The notes under the pieces: model-generated
Told to the model about the DNA's origin: nothing
The model's database searches: none
The model's input: only the letters and a program-made list of their open reading frames with translations
From: Pseudovirgaria hyperparasitica
Taxonomy: Eukaryota
Length of the DNA: 64,000 nt
Strand: one strand, 5' to 3'
Assembly: GCA_010093815.1 (NCBI GenBank)
Contig: ML996569.1
Program-made: the position numbers and the translations under genes
In this document: piece after piece, positions 37,339 through 53,480 of the stretch
Numbering within the stretch: the stretch's first letter is position 1
Layout of the letters: each line of letters opens with the position of its first letter

Positions 37339-38292
37339 TCAGCCATATCCACGGTAGTAATCGTTATCGTAATTCGAGTTGCGGGAGCGCCAGTAATCAT
37401 TATACGTGCTGTAGTCTCTTTTCCCAGTGAGCCCGAGTTGGGACGCTACGTTGACGTATCCTTCATCATTTTTGGTCCCGGTCTTCGCGTGCTTCCTAAT
37501 ATCAACATCGTCGTCCTGCTGCCATATGGCTCTACAGTACGGGCAAGTGACTGAGCTTTGCGATGATTTGGTAGCGGCCCATTGCTCCCAGCATTGCTTA
37601 TGCATGTTATTTCCACATGCTGCTTTACACCAAACTATCTTTTCTTTGTTTATCTCCATTTCCTCACAGCAGATTGGACAGTCGTCCTCAACAGGTTTTC
37701 GATTACCATCGGATTCAGAGGCATCTGCGGAGGGTATCGGCGGCGCGCCATCGAAGATCATACGGAGTTCCGAGGAGATGAAGGCAAGCTGGTATCGTAG
37801 ATTGTCAGGAGCTTTAAGAACCCGCGATAGCACGTAGATGATGTGCTTGCATTGATTGCCTTTTCGAGCATGTGGGCAATTACAAGATGGTACCAGTCCA
37901 ATCCTGATGGTGTAGATATTGCCGCTTGTACCTGCTAAGTCGATAACTTCTTCAGGTATCTCGCCGGCTATCCTTTCACGATCGACTACGAACATTCGCT
38001 GCGTGAGCGCACGATCTCGAATCTCCCAGTATGACCTTGGAGGTTTCTCTCGCCATCTCCTGAGTCGCTTCTCTTCTGCCGTGTCTCGCTTTTTCGCCTT
38101 CTTTTTTGGACTTTCGCCAACTGCCATTATATCACACTCATATCCTGCTGTACTCTTCCGTTTCTTTGTGGTTGTAGGATTGATCTTGTGAGTAGTGCTC
38201 GGGCGTGCATGTTGAGTGGAATCACACGACTCATCGAAGTCGAGGTCGATAGGGTTGGTCAATGAATCACCTTCGCGCGGTTTTACTCCCAT
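37339..38292 (-). CDS. SWIM zinc finger + RING-variant protein, paralog B, intronless
   Basis: RALTQRMFVV...GTSGNIY...CNCPHARKGNQCKHIIYVL, DDCPICC...WCKAACGNNMHKQCW...CPYCR in one 317-aa ORF. Confidence 0.9.
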   Translation of the reverse strand: MGVKPREGDSLTNPIDLDFDESCDSTQHARPSTTHKINPTTTKKRKSTAGYECDIMAVGESPKKKAKKRDTAEEKRLRRWREKPPRSYWEIRDRALTQRMFVVDRERIAGEIPEEVIDLAGTSGNIYTIRIGLVPSCNCPHARKGNQCKHIIYVLSRVLKAPDNLRYQLAFISSELRMIFDGAPPIPSADASESDGNRKPVEDDCPICCEEMEINKEKIVWCKAACGNNMHKQCWEQWAATKSSQSSVTCPYCRAIWQQDDDVDIRKHAKTGTKNDEGYVNVASQLGLTGKRDYSTYNDYWRSRNSNYDNDYYRGYG

Positions 38293-38641
38293 GCTGATGG
38301 TACCAGTTGCGCTGTGTATACAAGTTTAAATGGTGGCAATGAGATTAATGAAGCGGAACTGATTACGGCAATCTGTCTGGCTACCTAGTGAACGATGCAA
38401 GGGAGGTGAAACCTATGACGCCGTCGTCAAGTGGCAAAAATCACGCTAACACGCGCTATCACTTGATCTACCGAAACACTGGATCACTGGGATTCCACCT
38501 ATGTTATGTCAACAATATTAAATTTACTCTATCTCAGTACATTGCCTCAGAATACCCGAAAGGGATATTTGGACATATTCGCAACCGTAAGGCAAAGGCG
38601 CATTCCAGACACGATGGGAGCTCCTGAGAACTCTCCCTCAT

Positions 38642-39623
38642 TTAACTAGACCTCTTCCAAAATCTTCTCCTCATACGGCTTGATGGCTTCTCGGTCCCCA
38701 CGTTCCCACTGGGCTCATATGCCTTTTTATTTCCTTTCCTTCGACCTGTCCTCACATCTCTCCTCGATGCGCAGCAACAGCATTGACCTAAGTGAATGAG
38801 CCAGGTGATTATCGCGAATCCAGACGCAATCCACATGAATGCAAACATTTCAACACCGATACTTGCTCTGATGTTGAGCTCCGATACTCCTGCGATGACA
38901 TTTTTGAAGATGACGAACATGACCGTTGCAATTACACATGCTACCGTTATGATCAAAGCATTCGTGAAAGCGAGGATCGAAATGGGAAGTGAAGCCCATC
39001 GACTGTATATGCCCCAAGGTACCACGAAGATCAGAACGAAAGAGAGTACAGCGCCAGAAAGGAAAAGCCCAAACATCCAGTGCGAGACCAGCCGGATGAG
39101 GTCAAGGATGTCGTTGATGTTTGCGGGCAGCTGAACTATGAAATGTTAGCGCACGGGAGTCTTTTCATGAACAGCAATAGGACTCACTGCTGGCACCTGC
39201 GAGCAACTCGCTTCTCAGGATCTCGACTGGATTGAAAGAATACAAGGTTTCTGGGTCAGAGCACTTGGTCACACCTTCGCCATTGTATCCTTCGCAAAAT
39301 CCCCACAAGTAGACGCGATAAAAATCGTGTAATCCAAGCGTCCGCGCAATTGAGTTTAGAAGAGGTGCATTAGGCACGCTGAGCGGGACAATATTGCTCA
39401 GGTCGAGGTTGATGAAGTATATTTGCGTTCGAACTGACGAAGTAGTAGTACCGCCTACTTCGACCAGAATAAGGAAGATTACCGTGAGTAACAGACAAAA
39501 AGAGCTCAGCAGTGCAAATATCTTGCGTGTGCGCGTTGCCCGTTTGATCTGGACTTCCGATAGATCGTGGCTTCGTTCGACTGCAACATCAGTTGGCGTA
39601 TCATCTTGTCGTGTTCTAGACAT
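38642..39623 (-). CDS. SUR7/PalI family tetraspan membrane protein, 1 intron
   Basis: TM1, then GLHDFYRVYLWGFCEG claudin-like motif, FNPVEIL, three more TM segments and a C-terminal CCCASRRD. Confidence 0.85.
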
Positions 39624-40454
39624 GTCAAAGGACTCAGCTCTGCGAGACCAGCAAGTCCTATAATTGCCTCCAAGAAACCGTCGAGGTATATAACTTACAG
39701 CCGGGAAGAAGTTTCATAGCACACATTCACTTTGCAATCGCCCCACAGGCCGACCAATATTCCAGAACAATACTGTCGGACAATTTGGCATCGACTAAGA
39801 CACCATTGACGTGGGGCATAGCCACGCAACACCCAAACTTGTACGGAACACCAGCGATTCAGCAGAGTGACAAGCCGCGAATGATTGCATGGAGCGAGAG
39901 ACATGTGTTGCCTAAGTGGGTCTTGCGCCACGCTTGAAAACTGATGAGCACCAGGATGATGGGTCTGAGCACGATAAACTCACTTGAGTCCGTGTTCGAG
40001 ACGTCATATAATACTGTGCAGGCCTCAATTTCCCCTGTCTAAAACATACTGGCCGGATATTTTCGGCATCGTGAGGTTGCCAGTCTCCTGTTACCCATTG
40101 CTACATACACCTTTGCGTGGATAAACCCTTAACATCATCACGACAGGAACCAGCCATTTTTATCAGCTCCTTGTCGACAGGTGCCATGTTCTTTGAGGTC
40201 AGTTTCCATTGCCTTGTAGCTTGACGGGCTTGTGCAAGCAGATCTAAGTATACACCCCTTGGCGTTGAAATGCCGTTAGCTCCGAAGGTATGCATACATA
40301 CTCTGGTACGTCGATGCTGAGTTTAATGGGTCAAAAACTCTATGTTGGTCAAGCTTTACCTATCCTGTGTCAACCTATGAAACTACCATCGGTAGTCTCA
40401 TACTTTCCTATAATCTTCATTTTCCTCATTCATCTTGCCAACATAGGTTTCAAC

Positions 40455-41789
40455 ATGCGAAAAACCATCATCCTTGGCTACATAGCTGCAATAGCTGCAG
40501 CACAGGAATCTATCCTTACCATCGATGGGACTGTGATTCCCAATGTCGGTGGCGATCAAAGACCCACTGGCTCTCAGTATACGTACATTTCATATACTTC
40601 GACGATCCTTATCTCGACCGAAGCTGCAGTATCCACCGAAGTCTCGAATAACACAGGAACATCATCGACCAGCGATGGAATCGAAGTTACTGCTCTTGCT
40701 GGGAGCACGAAGGTCGACGGCGGCTCAGGTACCACCACTGGAACTGGCGCAACGCCTACTAATACACAACCGTGCAATAACTACCCGGAATTTTGTTCTC
40801 GAAAGTACTCTAACATCACCGAGGTTGCGGCACACAACTCTCCCTACTCCGTTAAAAACAATGCGGCTTCGAATCAGGCTCTCGATGTGACGCAGCAACT
40901 TGACGATGGCATTCGAATGTGTAAGTGATCATACCAAGAAAGGGTGTAATCCTACTTATTGACTAGCGAGACAGTACAGGGTTCTATCCATTATGAGAAC
41001 GAAACTTTGTACTTTTGTCACACAAGTTGTGACCTTTTGAATGCTGGGACCGTTGAGCAATACCTGACCAAAGTGGTCACATGGCTACGTAGCAACCCGT
41101 ATGAGGTCGTTACCATCCTGCTCGGCAACTCAGACCAAGTCAGTGTTACGAAGTATGTGGATCCAATCCAGAATTCGGGCTTGGGGACTTATGTCTATGA
41201 ACCTCCAAAGATACCTATGGCAGCGAGCGACTGGCCAACCCTGGAAGAAATGATTTTGTCTCAAAAACGAGTTGTGATTTTCATGGACTACTCCGCAAAC
41301 CAACAAGAGGTTCCATATGTCTTGGACCAGTTCAGCCAGCTTTGGGAAACTCCATTCTCACCCACAGACGTCAACTTTCCCTGTTACGTGAACCGACCTC
41401 CTGGTATCAGTGACGAGCAGGCTCGGGATCGCATGTATCTCGCCAACCATAATCTGAACACCGAGGTTAAATTTGCCGGAGAGACATTTCTGATTCCAAA
41501 CACCGCAGTGCTCGATGTCGCAAATGGTGTTGACGGTATGGGCAGCCTGGGGAATATGACGGGAAAATGCACGCAAGATTGGGGGAAGCCACCGAATTTC
41601 CTGATTGTCGATTACTATAACAGAGGATCTTTCAACGGCTCCGTATTTGAGGTCGCTGCACAAGCAAATAACGTAACCTATAACCGACGATGTTGCGGCG
41701 AAGAGCCATCTAGAGGGAGTCACTTGCGGGTATCGCCCCTCCTGGCGAAGGTCATTACTGCTGCTTGTATTTTATATCATTTATCATGA
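40455..41789 (+). CDS. Secreted, probably GPI-anchored PLC-like phosphodiesterase (PI-PLC X domain), 1 intron
   Basis: Signal peptide, S/T-rich linker, CNNYPEFCSRKYSNIT..AHNS, QQLDDGIRM, CHTSC, WETPF, PNFLIVDYY, hydrophobic C-terminus. Confidence 0.85.
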
Positions 41790-42575
41790 GCTCAATTACG
41801 TTGGAGGAGTGCTTGGTACATGTTTGGATATGTGAATACTCCTCGGCATTGTTATCTCTTTCTATTTAGAGGTACAGGCGTCATGAGCGTTGGGTGTTCC
41901 TAACATACCTTATAATCATCTATCAAGACAAGGGAAGAGGTTTCCAGGGCTTTCTTCCTACCGAGGGTACTACTTCACTTAAGCGTGTGTCTCTCGGCTC
42001 AGGTCAATATGCATGGATCTATAACTGTGACATATGTACAGATCTGATACAATACTATCTCAGTGTTTCGGTATGCTAGCGTTTGCTGCTGGTTATTATT
42101 AGTAGGCTTTCTGAGATGTAAAGGGTAATCCTTACGAGCGTTATCACCTTTCAGGTAATGTGTGCAGCGCCCTAACCAAGATTGGCTTTTTGTCTTGATT
42201 TGATCAATGCTAGTCTCTTGTCTAGTGATGAATCAGGCTATGGCTGCTCGGCCTAAACACGGTGCTACCGGCCTCGGCTATTAATTAAACAAAGCCCTCG
42301 GTACTCCACATCTGGGGTAAACCTGACGCTTTGACGTGCGGGCGGAACTCTAACACATCATATACCCGTGTTATTCCCATTGACGTTTTGCCATTGTATA
42401 TATTTCAGCAACAATCACATTCTTACATTGTAGCTACAAAGCTAAGAACATAATCTCAAGACCTGAACCAGTTCCCAGTAAGTACTGCGATGCTCGTCTC
42501 CGCTCGTGACGCCGTACATGACGGGGCAATGCTAATAGCTTCAAGTTCATAAAATCACATCACAAGGCCGCAAAT

Positions 42576-44002
42576 ATGGTGAACAAGAAAGCGCAAAAGC
42601 CATGCTACGTCCTTGGTGTGGGAATGACCAAGTTCATCAAGCCAAGAGGCAAGGTCGATTACACCGAGCTGGGCTTCGAAGCTGGTGTCAAAGCCATGCT
42701 GGACGCCCGCATCAATTACGATGACGTTGATCAAGGTGTTGCATGCTACTGCTACGGCGACAGTACTTGTGGACAGCGAGTCTTCTATCAGTTTGGCATG
42801 ACGCAAATCCCCATCTACAACGTCAACAACAACTGCTCAACCGGATCCACCGGCCTCTTCATGGGACGGAACATGATTGCGCACGGCGGCTCCGACTGCG
42901 TACTTGTCGTCGGCTTCGAGAAGATGTTCCCGGGTAGTCTCCAGTCATTCTTCAATGATCGTGAGAACCCAACGTCTACTTCACACAAAATCATGATGGA
43001 GACGAGAGGTGTTACAAATGCTCCCGGCGCTGCTCAACTTTTTGGTAACGCCGGTCGGGAGTACATGGAAAAGTGAGTCGAAATCAAAACAAACGTGTAT
43101 CAAAAACTAAATTGTTCAGGTACGGCGCGAAGCTCGAAGACTTTGGCGAGATCGCTCGTGTCAACCATCTGCACTCGAAGGACAACCCGTACTCGCAATT
43201 CCAGCAGACGTACACTCTCGATCAGGTCATGAAATCTAAGATGATCTTCGAACCCCTTACTATGCTTCAGTGCTGCCCCACATCCGATGGTGCTGCCGCA
43301 GCGGTCCTTGTATCTCAAGAGTTCCTCGACGCTCGTCCGGAGCTCAAGAGCCAGGCTGTTCTTATTGCAGGCCAGTGCCTTGCTACAGACTCCCCGAACC
43401 TCTTCAACAAGAGCTCGATCGAGCTTGTTGGGTATAGCATGAGCAAACACGCTGCCAAGACCGCGCTTGAAGAGGCTCAGGTCAAGGCCGGAGACATCAA
43501 GGTCTGCGAGCTACACGACTGTTTCTCTGCAAACGAGATGTGTACAATTGACGCTCTCGGCCTTTGTGAGCCAGGAAAGGCGCATGAAATGGTCCGCAGA
43601 GGTGACATCACGCACGGCGGCAAGGTTGTTATTAACCCATCTGGTGGCCTGATTTCTAAGGGCCATCCGCTCGGCGCAACTGGTCTTGCTCAGTGTGCTG
43701 AGCTCACATGGCAGCTCCGTGGCTGGGCCAACAACCGCCTTGCCCCCGACGCTGAAGCTGCTCTGCAACACAATCTCGGCCTTGGTGGCGCCGTTGTCGT
43801 GACAGTATACAAGCGCGCCGATGGCAAGACGAACGCGAAGCTCTCTGATGCTGAAGTTGGAAAACTGTCTGGTCTGGGTTACAACCCAGCTGTCGTCGCA
43901 AAGGGCTTCACGCCTCAGCAAGTCGACCAAGTACGATCGAAGAAATCCAGAAGTGATTGGGCTCTGCAGGATATTGAGCAGAAGGTTGAGTCACGTTTCT
44001 AG
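42576..44002 (+). CDS. SCPx-type (sterol carrier protein X) thiolase, 1 coding intron; C-terminal SRF
   Basis: [19 protein letters not shown] (catalytic Cys), [39 protein letters not shown]. Confidence 0.92.
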
Positions 44003-44366
44003 ATATCCCAAAATGTTTGTATAATGCATCGTAACTTCTATGAGCGAGCGAATTAATTACTAGTCAATTGATGAGGAGATGAACATGATGCAAGTGAGTC
44101 TTCGGTGATCCCAAAGGCATTTCGTCGTCTTTCGTGCCGCGGGCCGGCATATGATCGCATGGGCGCCCTGGCTTCGGTGTCCAACAGGGGCTTGGCACAC
44201 CCTAACAAGCCCCAAAAAAGTGCTCGATGAGATCAAGTTGTCAATTGACAAGGTTCTGGAAACAGACGTTGACCACGACGTGCGCACATTGCATCGTCTA
44301 ACTTGAAATCTGACGCGTCCTCTTCGATCTCGCTTCTCAATATAGATCCTCCGTAATGCATTCATA

Positions 44367-46226
44367 ATGTCCAAACGCCCTCTCTTTACTTCTTTGGTTG
44401 GGACCTCGGGCTCTTTGACTTGCAGAGCATGCCTCCAACAGCGCACACTGGGTCGGACTCGACAACGGTACTCGACCGTATCCTCTACGATAGACCGAGC
44501 GAAAGCCCTTCCTACTAGGACCAAGCAGAAGATAGCATTTGCAGCGCTCGGGGGAGCTGCCTTGGTCACCGGAGCGTGGTGGATCAGTGACGATGTGAAG
44601 CATACATATAGAGCAGCGCGGAGAACGGGGAGAGTTGCGCGGACTCTTATACTTAACATATATGAGTAAGTCTTATTAGGATACTTTAAGTCTCTGGCCT
44701 AACATTATATGGTGAAAAAGCTACCGAAAGATCCTCAAGCTTGAAATGGAAGACCAAGCCGAATACTCCAAGATCCTCAAAGAATGCCATCAGCGATGCG
44801 CAAACCGTACATTAGACACGATTGAGAAGAATGGCTCCATCTTCATCAAGCTTGGGCAGCATTTGACCAGCTTGACCTACCTATTGCCGAGCGAATGGTG
44901 CGACACGTTCATTCCGCTACAAGACAAATGTCCGGTGTCATCAATCGAGTCAATTCGTGAGATGATTCGTCAAGATACAGGGGAGGAGCTCTCCGACTAC
45001 TTTTCAGAATTCGAGGAACGGCCATTAGGAGCTGCGTCTCTCGCACAAGTCCACCGGGCTACGATCAAAGAGTCGGGGCAGAAGGTTGCGGTGAAGGTGC
45101 AACATCCACTATTGGACGAATGGGCACCATTAGATCTGTCTTTGACGAGCTTCACTTTCTCCACGTTGAAATATTGGTTTCCGGAGTACGATCTCACATG
45201 GCTATCCGAGGAAATGCAAGTCTCACTGCCACAAGAGCTTAATTTCGAGCTCGAAGGCAAGAATGCTATGCGCGCTCGTCGCTTCTTCGCGGATAAGGAT
45301 TACCCTCTGTTGATACCGGAGGTACTATGGGCGAAAAGGCGAATACTCGTCATGGAATATCTCACAGGTAGGAGGCCAGACGATCTAGATTACTTAGATT
45401 CGCACAACATCGACCGTGATGAAGTTTCAGCAGCGCTCTCCCATATCTTCAACGAAATGATCTTCGGGAAAAATGCACCATTACATTGCGATCCACATGG
45501 AGGAAATCTAGCCATAAGGCATAATCCAAACCGTCGGGGAAAGAAGAACTTTGACGTAATTTTGTACGACCACGGGTTGTATCGCGATATCCCTATCGAT
45601 CTCCGGCGTTCTTATGCCAAGCTCTGGTTAGCTGTCCTTGAAAGTGATGAGGCAGGTATGAAGAGGTACGCTCACGAAGCGGCTGGAATCGAGGAGGAAG
45701 ATTTTCACCTGTTTGCGAGTGCCATCACCGGACGTGATTACTCTGCCGTGAAAAGTGGCTTGACCGAAGTTAATCGGAGTGAGGAAGAGAAAGAGAAGAT
45801 CTCAGATGCGCTGGGAGAGGACATGCTCCTTCAATTGGTGCGCATTCTTGGCCAGGTTCCTCGTGTAATCCTGCTTATCTTGAAGACGAACGATTTGAGT
45901 AAGTCCTACCTTAGAAAGTTGAAGATCTGGTATCTAATGGCATTCTAGCGCGGTCACTGGATGAGCATCTCCATACGAGGCATGGCCCTCTCCGAACATT
46001 CCTTATTCTCGCCCGATATGCGTCTCGCACCGTCTACGAGGAGCAGCTTGAACAGCTACGAGGAAGCTTGTTCTGGCCAAGCAATTGGATGCATCTAGTG
46101 TTCGCATGGTCTGCGTATGCGCGGACGGAGCTGAAACTGTCGCTGTATGAGCGGTGGCTGGGAATGCGGGCATTCTGGAACCGGAACCGTTGGCACTCGA
46201 TCAGCAACCAGCCATCAGACTCCTGA
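44367..46226 (+). CDS. ABC1/UbiB atypical kinase, ADCK1/Mcp2-like, mitochondrial, 3 exons
   Basis: IKLGQH, AASLAQVHRA, VAVKVQHP, HCDPHGGN, LYDHGLY, LILKTNDL|TRSLD. Confidence 0.9.
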
Positions 46227-47361
46227 GTGTTTCGTCGAAGGAAGGCATATGGTAGAGACCCTCAGGTCTGCTGCACGGAACCCCGCATCTCATTATGATA
46301 GGGCTCACGTGCGCAGTCTATATTTAGAACAACTCTCGAGACGCCAAGCACTCATTCAGTGTGGTTTAACGGTCAGTATATGGATGCCCGTCGAAGAGGA
46401 GTGTGTAGACAATATTCAGACATGTTCCAGTCAAGCATTAGGGTTGTGTAGAGCGACGTATACGCTATACGCACTGGCAGAAATGGCCAGAAAGGGGGAA
46501 ATTCTCATCACGACGGCGAGACTGCGTTGTGGTATGTACATAGGTAACGCCATAGATGATGACGATTCCAGTGGATGAGCCACACACCGAAGATACATTT
46601 ACATAGACAGACATGACCAATCGACCTAAAATGTATTCGCGGCCCAGTGGGCGCAGACGACAAGGCGCTTGGAATTGAGCTCAATCCATTCCATACCAGT
46701 GGGCACGGCGCGCGGCGGATAAGGCTCCGCTCTGATTGCTCCATCAGAAGCGCCAGAAGTGTTGGGGATGCATGCTATGCAGGCATTTACGAACAGCGGT
46801 AGAGTAGAAAGTAGAGGTATTATTAGGCGGCGACAAAGATCAAGACTTTGTTTTTGATAGAAGGCAGCAAGTGAACCGTTCCAGGCGCAACTGTTGCTGC
46901 TTTAGCTCGGCGAGTGCGGGGCAAAAACCGGAGGGAGGGCGAGCAGAAGGTCGAGACGTCTGTCTGCTAATCAACCTTTAACCCTTCACCTCACAGACAC
47001 TGAGTGCGGTCACTGTGACAATCGAATATACCGTCCTATTTCCAGCTTCAGAAAGCAGACTTACCTTACTCTCACTGGCAGCACGTCCAATTCCACTTCC
47101 GGCTTTGTTACTTGCATTCCGTTCCCGCTCCTCGTAAGCCCTCGCAAACGCTCTCTGCCCGGGCCGTTTCTTGCCCCGGTCGTAGGCACTTCTCCGAGCG
47201 CCTGCACAGCCTCACGCCCCAAACTCCAACCTCTAATACTACACGCGCGCTGCTTAGAAGGGTCTCATATCTCTCGGGCTCCCGTTCGGAGCTTCCTGCA
47301 CATCACAAGAGGTGGTAGAGTTACTGGAGTGCTCGTGTAGGAGACCGAGTCAGCCATCATC

Positions 47362-50265
<2,904 letters not shown>

Positions 50266-50645
50266 ACACCGGTATTAGGATTACGCTACGCAGCGGTTTG
50301 AAGTTCTATTCTGTCATTACCTTTATATTGTACGCCATACAAATCACGCACACAGACATCACGCAGTACATCCTTTTAGAATGGGCGATGGATGGTGAAT
50401 TGGGGGGGGGCCGGTTTGGCAGTACGGATCATCATCTCAAATAACTATTAGGTGTCGATGGTCGACACGTTTGTCTGGAGTCATATTTGTAGGGAGTCTG
50501 CCTTGAAGTTCCTTCCTAATGAGCGAACGTGGTGTAGTGTATGATGATGCCCAGCCGAAAACATATGTGCAACCGAATGCCCCCCCTAAATCCAGGTCAA
50601 GTGTTGTGGAAAAAATCATTTCCTACGCTGGCCTCCAGATACGGT

Positions 50646-50678
50646 CCCCCCCCCCCCCCCTCTCTCTCTCTCTCTCTC
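50646..50678. repeat. Poly-C (15) plus (TC)n microsatellite
   Basis: Directly visible, just downstream of the CCZ1 stop. Confidence 0.9.
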
Positions 50679-50703
50679 CCTCCATCACTCAGCCCATCAC
50701 TCC

Positions 50704-53480
50704 TTATCGATTCAAACTCAACAACGTCTCAACATACTTCCTCGCATCAATCCCAATTCCCTCCGCCATCCCCTTCGGTCCCCACCCTTCTGCCCTCCCA
50801 CCCATCTTCTCCCCGCTCCCCCCAAGCCCCATCTTCCACAACCCACTCACCACCCGCCCAGACCCACCAGCCTTACTCCCACCACCACCACCAGCACTCC
50901 CATCACTCCCCACATCACGCGCCCGCCGCACCAGAAACGCCTCCCTCAGCAACGTCGTCCCCTGCCCGTTCTGCACCTTCGATCGTCCCGTCGTCGTCGT
51001 CGTCGCTGCTGCCGTCGCCGCCGCCGATACTGCCTCCGACGACGGCGTCGGATACGGATCACGCGAGCTGGCATTACTGCCTGGGAGACGCAGCCAGACG
51101 ACCCACCAGCCGCGGCTCGTCTTGCCTGTTTGTTCGATGTTCGTGAGGGCGTCGATGCGGCGGGTGCGGAGGACGGCGTCGAGGATGGCGGCGTGGACGC
51201 TGAGGGCGTCGATGCGGGTCCATGTGCTTGTTTCGGGAGATTGGGTTGTTGTTGTTGTTGTGGTGGTGGTGGAGAGGGCATCGGCGGATAGTAGGCTGCT
51301 GCTACTGCCCGGGTCGGGGATGTCTGGGATGCTGGAGTGGAGGGTGAGGGTGCGGGGGTCGAAGACGAGATCGAAGATTGGGGCGGCGGCGGCGGCGGAT
51401 GCGGAGGACGGGTCTACGGGGGATGTGGTGTAGGGTTGGGAGGTTGAGGCGATGCGGGATGTGATGCGCTGGGGGGAAGTGGATGCGCTCAGGGGGGCGT
51501 GGAGCGGGGAGAAGTAGGTGTGGAGGTTTTGGTAGAAGGAGGCGAGGGTGAGGGAGTCGGCGCGGGGGGTGAAGAGGAAGGTGTAGATGAAGGGCCGGTG
51601 CTGTGAGGAGGGAGTGAGTGTTAGCTGAAAGGTAGGGTAGCGGGATTCTTTGAGTTTGTGTGTGTGTTGGATGGAGTGTTTGTGGATGGGTAGACATACG
51701 ATATATACGACGACGCGCAGCCGGGTATGCGTCTTTTTGTGTTGGGATTCTGCCTTGATCATTTTTTCGTAGTCTGTCTGATCGTCATCTGTAGAGTCGG
51801 TGTTCAATGAGCGCTCGAGTTCGATGTAGAGTGTGCGGAGCAGGATTCGGTTGTTCCAGCCTTCGGATCCGCTGTCATCGGGGTCTTCGTCGGCGATTTC
51901 GTCCATGTCACCCTTTAGGCCAATGATAAAGTGGCCTTTGTTCTCCTGTTCGATGGATTTTTTTATCATCTCTTCGACGCGGTCAATTTGGGAAGCTGGG
52001 ATGAGGTTACCGGGGTGTCTAGGCTGGTTACGAAGCGCTGTGTCTGCTGCATCGCTTTGGGGGACTGCGGGTGGATTATTGTCAGGACTGTCCTCTTTAT
52101 CTTTGACATTGTTAGTTTGAGGATCCTTGGATCCCCACGAGGAGTAGCCGAGCGTCAAGTAGTACTTCCAGGCTTCAGGATCGGTGATAGAGTTCAAAGC
52201 TCCAGACTCTGCCTTGCTATCTGGAATGGTCTCTTTGGCGTCATTTGCCTCGACTGCCTCTGAAGCCCTCTCTAGTGATTTTTCGGCAGCGCGGACGATA
52301 GGCCGTGGTATTCCTCGAGGCAGCGCTTTAGCAGAAGAAACAGAAGGAGGATACTCCTGCTGCGTAGAAGATGTCTCCTGAGTATTGGATACTTCTCTCT
52401 GAGCACGTCTTCGTCTCCTTTTACGATCTGAACTTGGATTGTCTCTGACACCATACGCATACTCTCCGTATCCGTAAATTGACTCCATCCATTCCGAGAC
52501 GTCACGCAGAGATGTCCTGGAGATAGCACCGACTCCAGAGAAGACGACGCCGTCAGAAGCCCTTGGAATCTGCCCGCTACCCATCCACGGCGTTTGGGGG
52601 CCTGATCTTGCGTCTTTCTTCTTCTTCGACTTCGACTTTGCTGGCACCTCAGATTGCTCCTCTGCAGGTTCGCCGTAGCGAGACACGACAACATCTACTA
52701 GTCCATCGGTACGCCGTGCAAATTCTTCAAGAACTTCGCGTTCACCACTGCCCCATTCTTCTTCACCAACCCCGATGCCAAGCTCACCTCCTGCTGCGAG
52801 CTTGATACCGCCATAGATGCTGACTGCAGGGCTTCCATGCAGCAGTACGTCCCATCGCTGTGCAAAGCGGCTCCAGAATCGGTCAAGCGTGTTACAGAAT
52901 CTATCTCGGCCTAGTCTAGTGATTAGATCTGTCAAGGTCGAGCCATGGTGAAGCCGAAACATGCGGTGGGCCTGGGAGAGCTGCTCCAGTAGTAATGCCG
53001 GTGGGCTTACTTCGCGAGACGAATACTCTGTTGATGGTTTCGTAGGGCCGCTCCCTTTGGTGGTACCGCTTGACGTAGCATTCACAGGTAGAGCAGTGAG
53101 ATCAACCGAAGCCAAGATCCACCAGTTTTCCTCGATCTCTCGCATGACGACCCTAGTCTTCTTGGTGTCCACAGAGTCTACAGCTGCGCCGTTTGCGAAG
53201 CTCCTGATATCGATTAGTAATTGAGTGGTAGAAGTGGTCATTTGGCTTAGAACCTGGCAAAATCTACCATACCCTGCGCCAGCCCGACATGACGAAGTTT
53301 TTGGTTCTCTTCATCATTTGCAGCGTTGTCTGACAAATTTGTATTTGACTCCTTTGAATAATAAAAGACGACTTGCTTTCGAAACTCCTCGTCGGTCTGA
53401 CCTAGAAGCGGGTTGTAGATGGCAAGGAACGAAAGCTGAGCGGGAACAACCTTGGCGATGGGCTCTACATTGCCAGACAT
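50704..53480 (-). CDS. CCZ1: Vacuolar fusion protein Ccz1 (longin domain, Mon1-Ccz1 GEF); introns near 53253-53204 and 51699-51601
   Basis: VVPAQLSFLAIYNP, KLRHVGLAQGMVDFARSF, WWILASVDLT, GVGEEEWGSGEREVLE, KTSRGWWVVWLRL, GIGIDARKYVETLLSLNR. Confidence 0.9.

Noticed and set aside
50519..51697. Several long Pro-rich or Arg-rich ORFs overlapping CCZ1
   Set aside because: Antisense or alternative-frame shadows of a skewed, stop-poor region.
51601..51699. In-frame stop-free 99-nt segment in CCZ1
   Set aside because: Has canonical GTATGT, GCTAAC and CAG signals and a peptide that interrupts the YI|HRPF motif. Most simply an ordinary intron.
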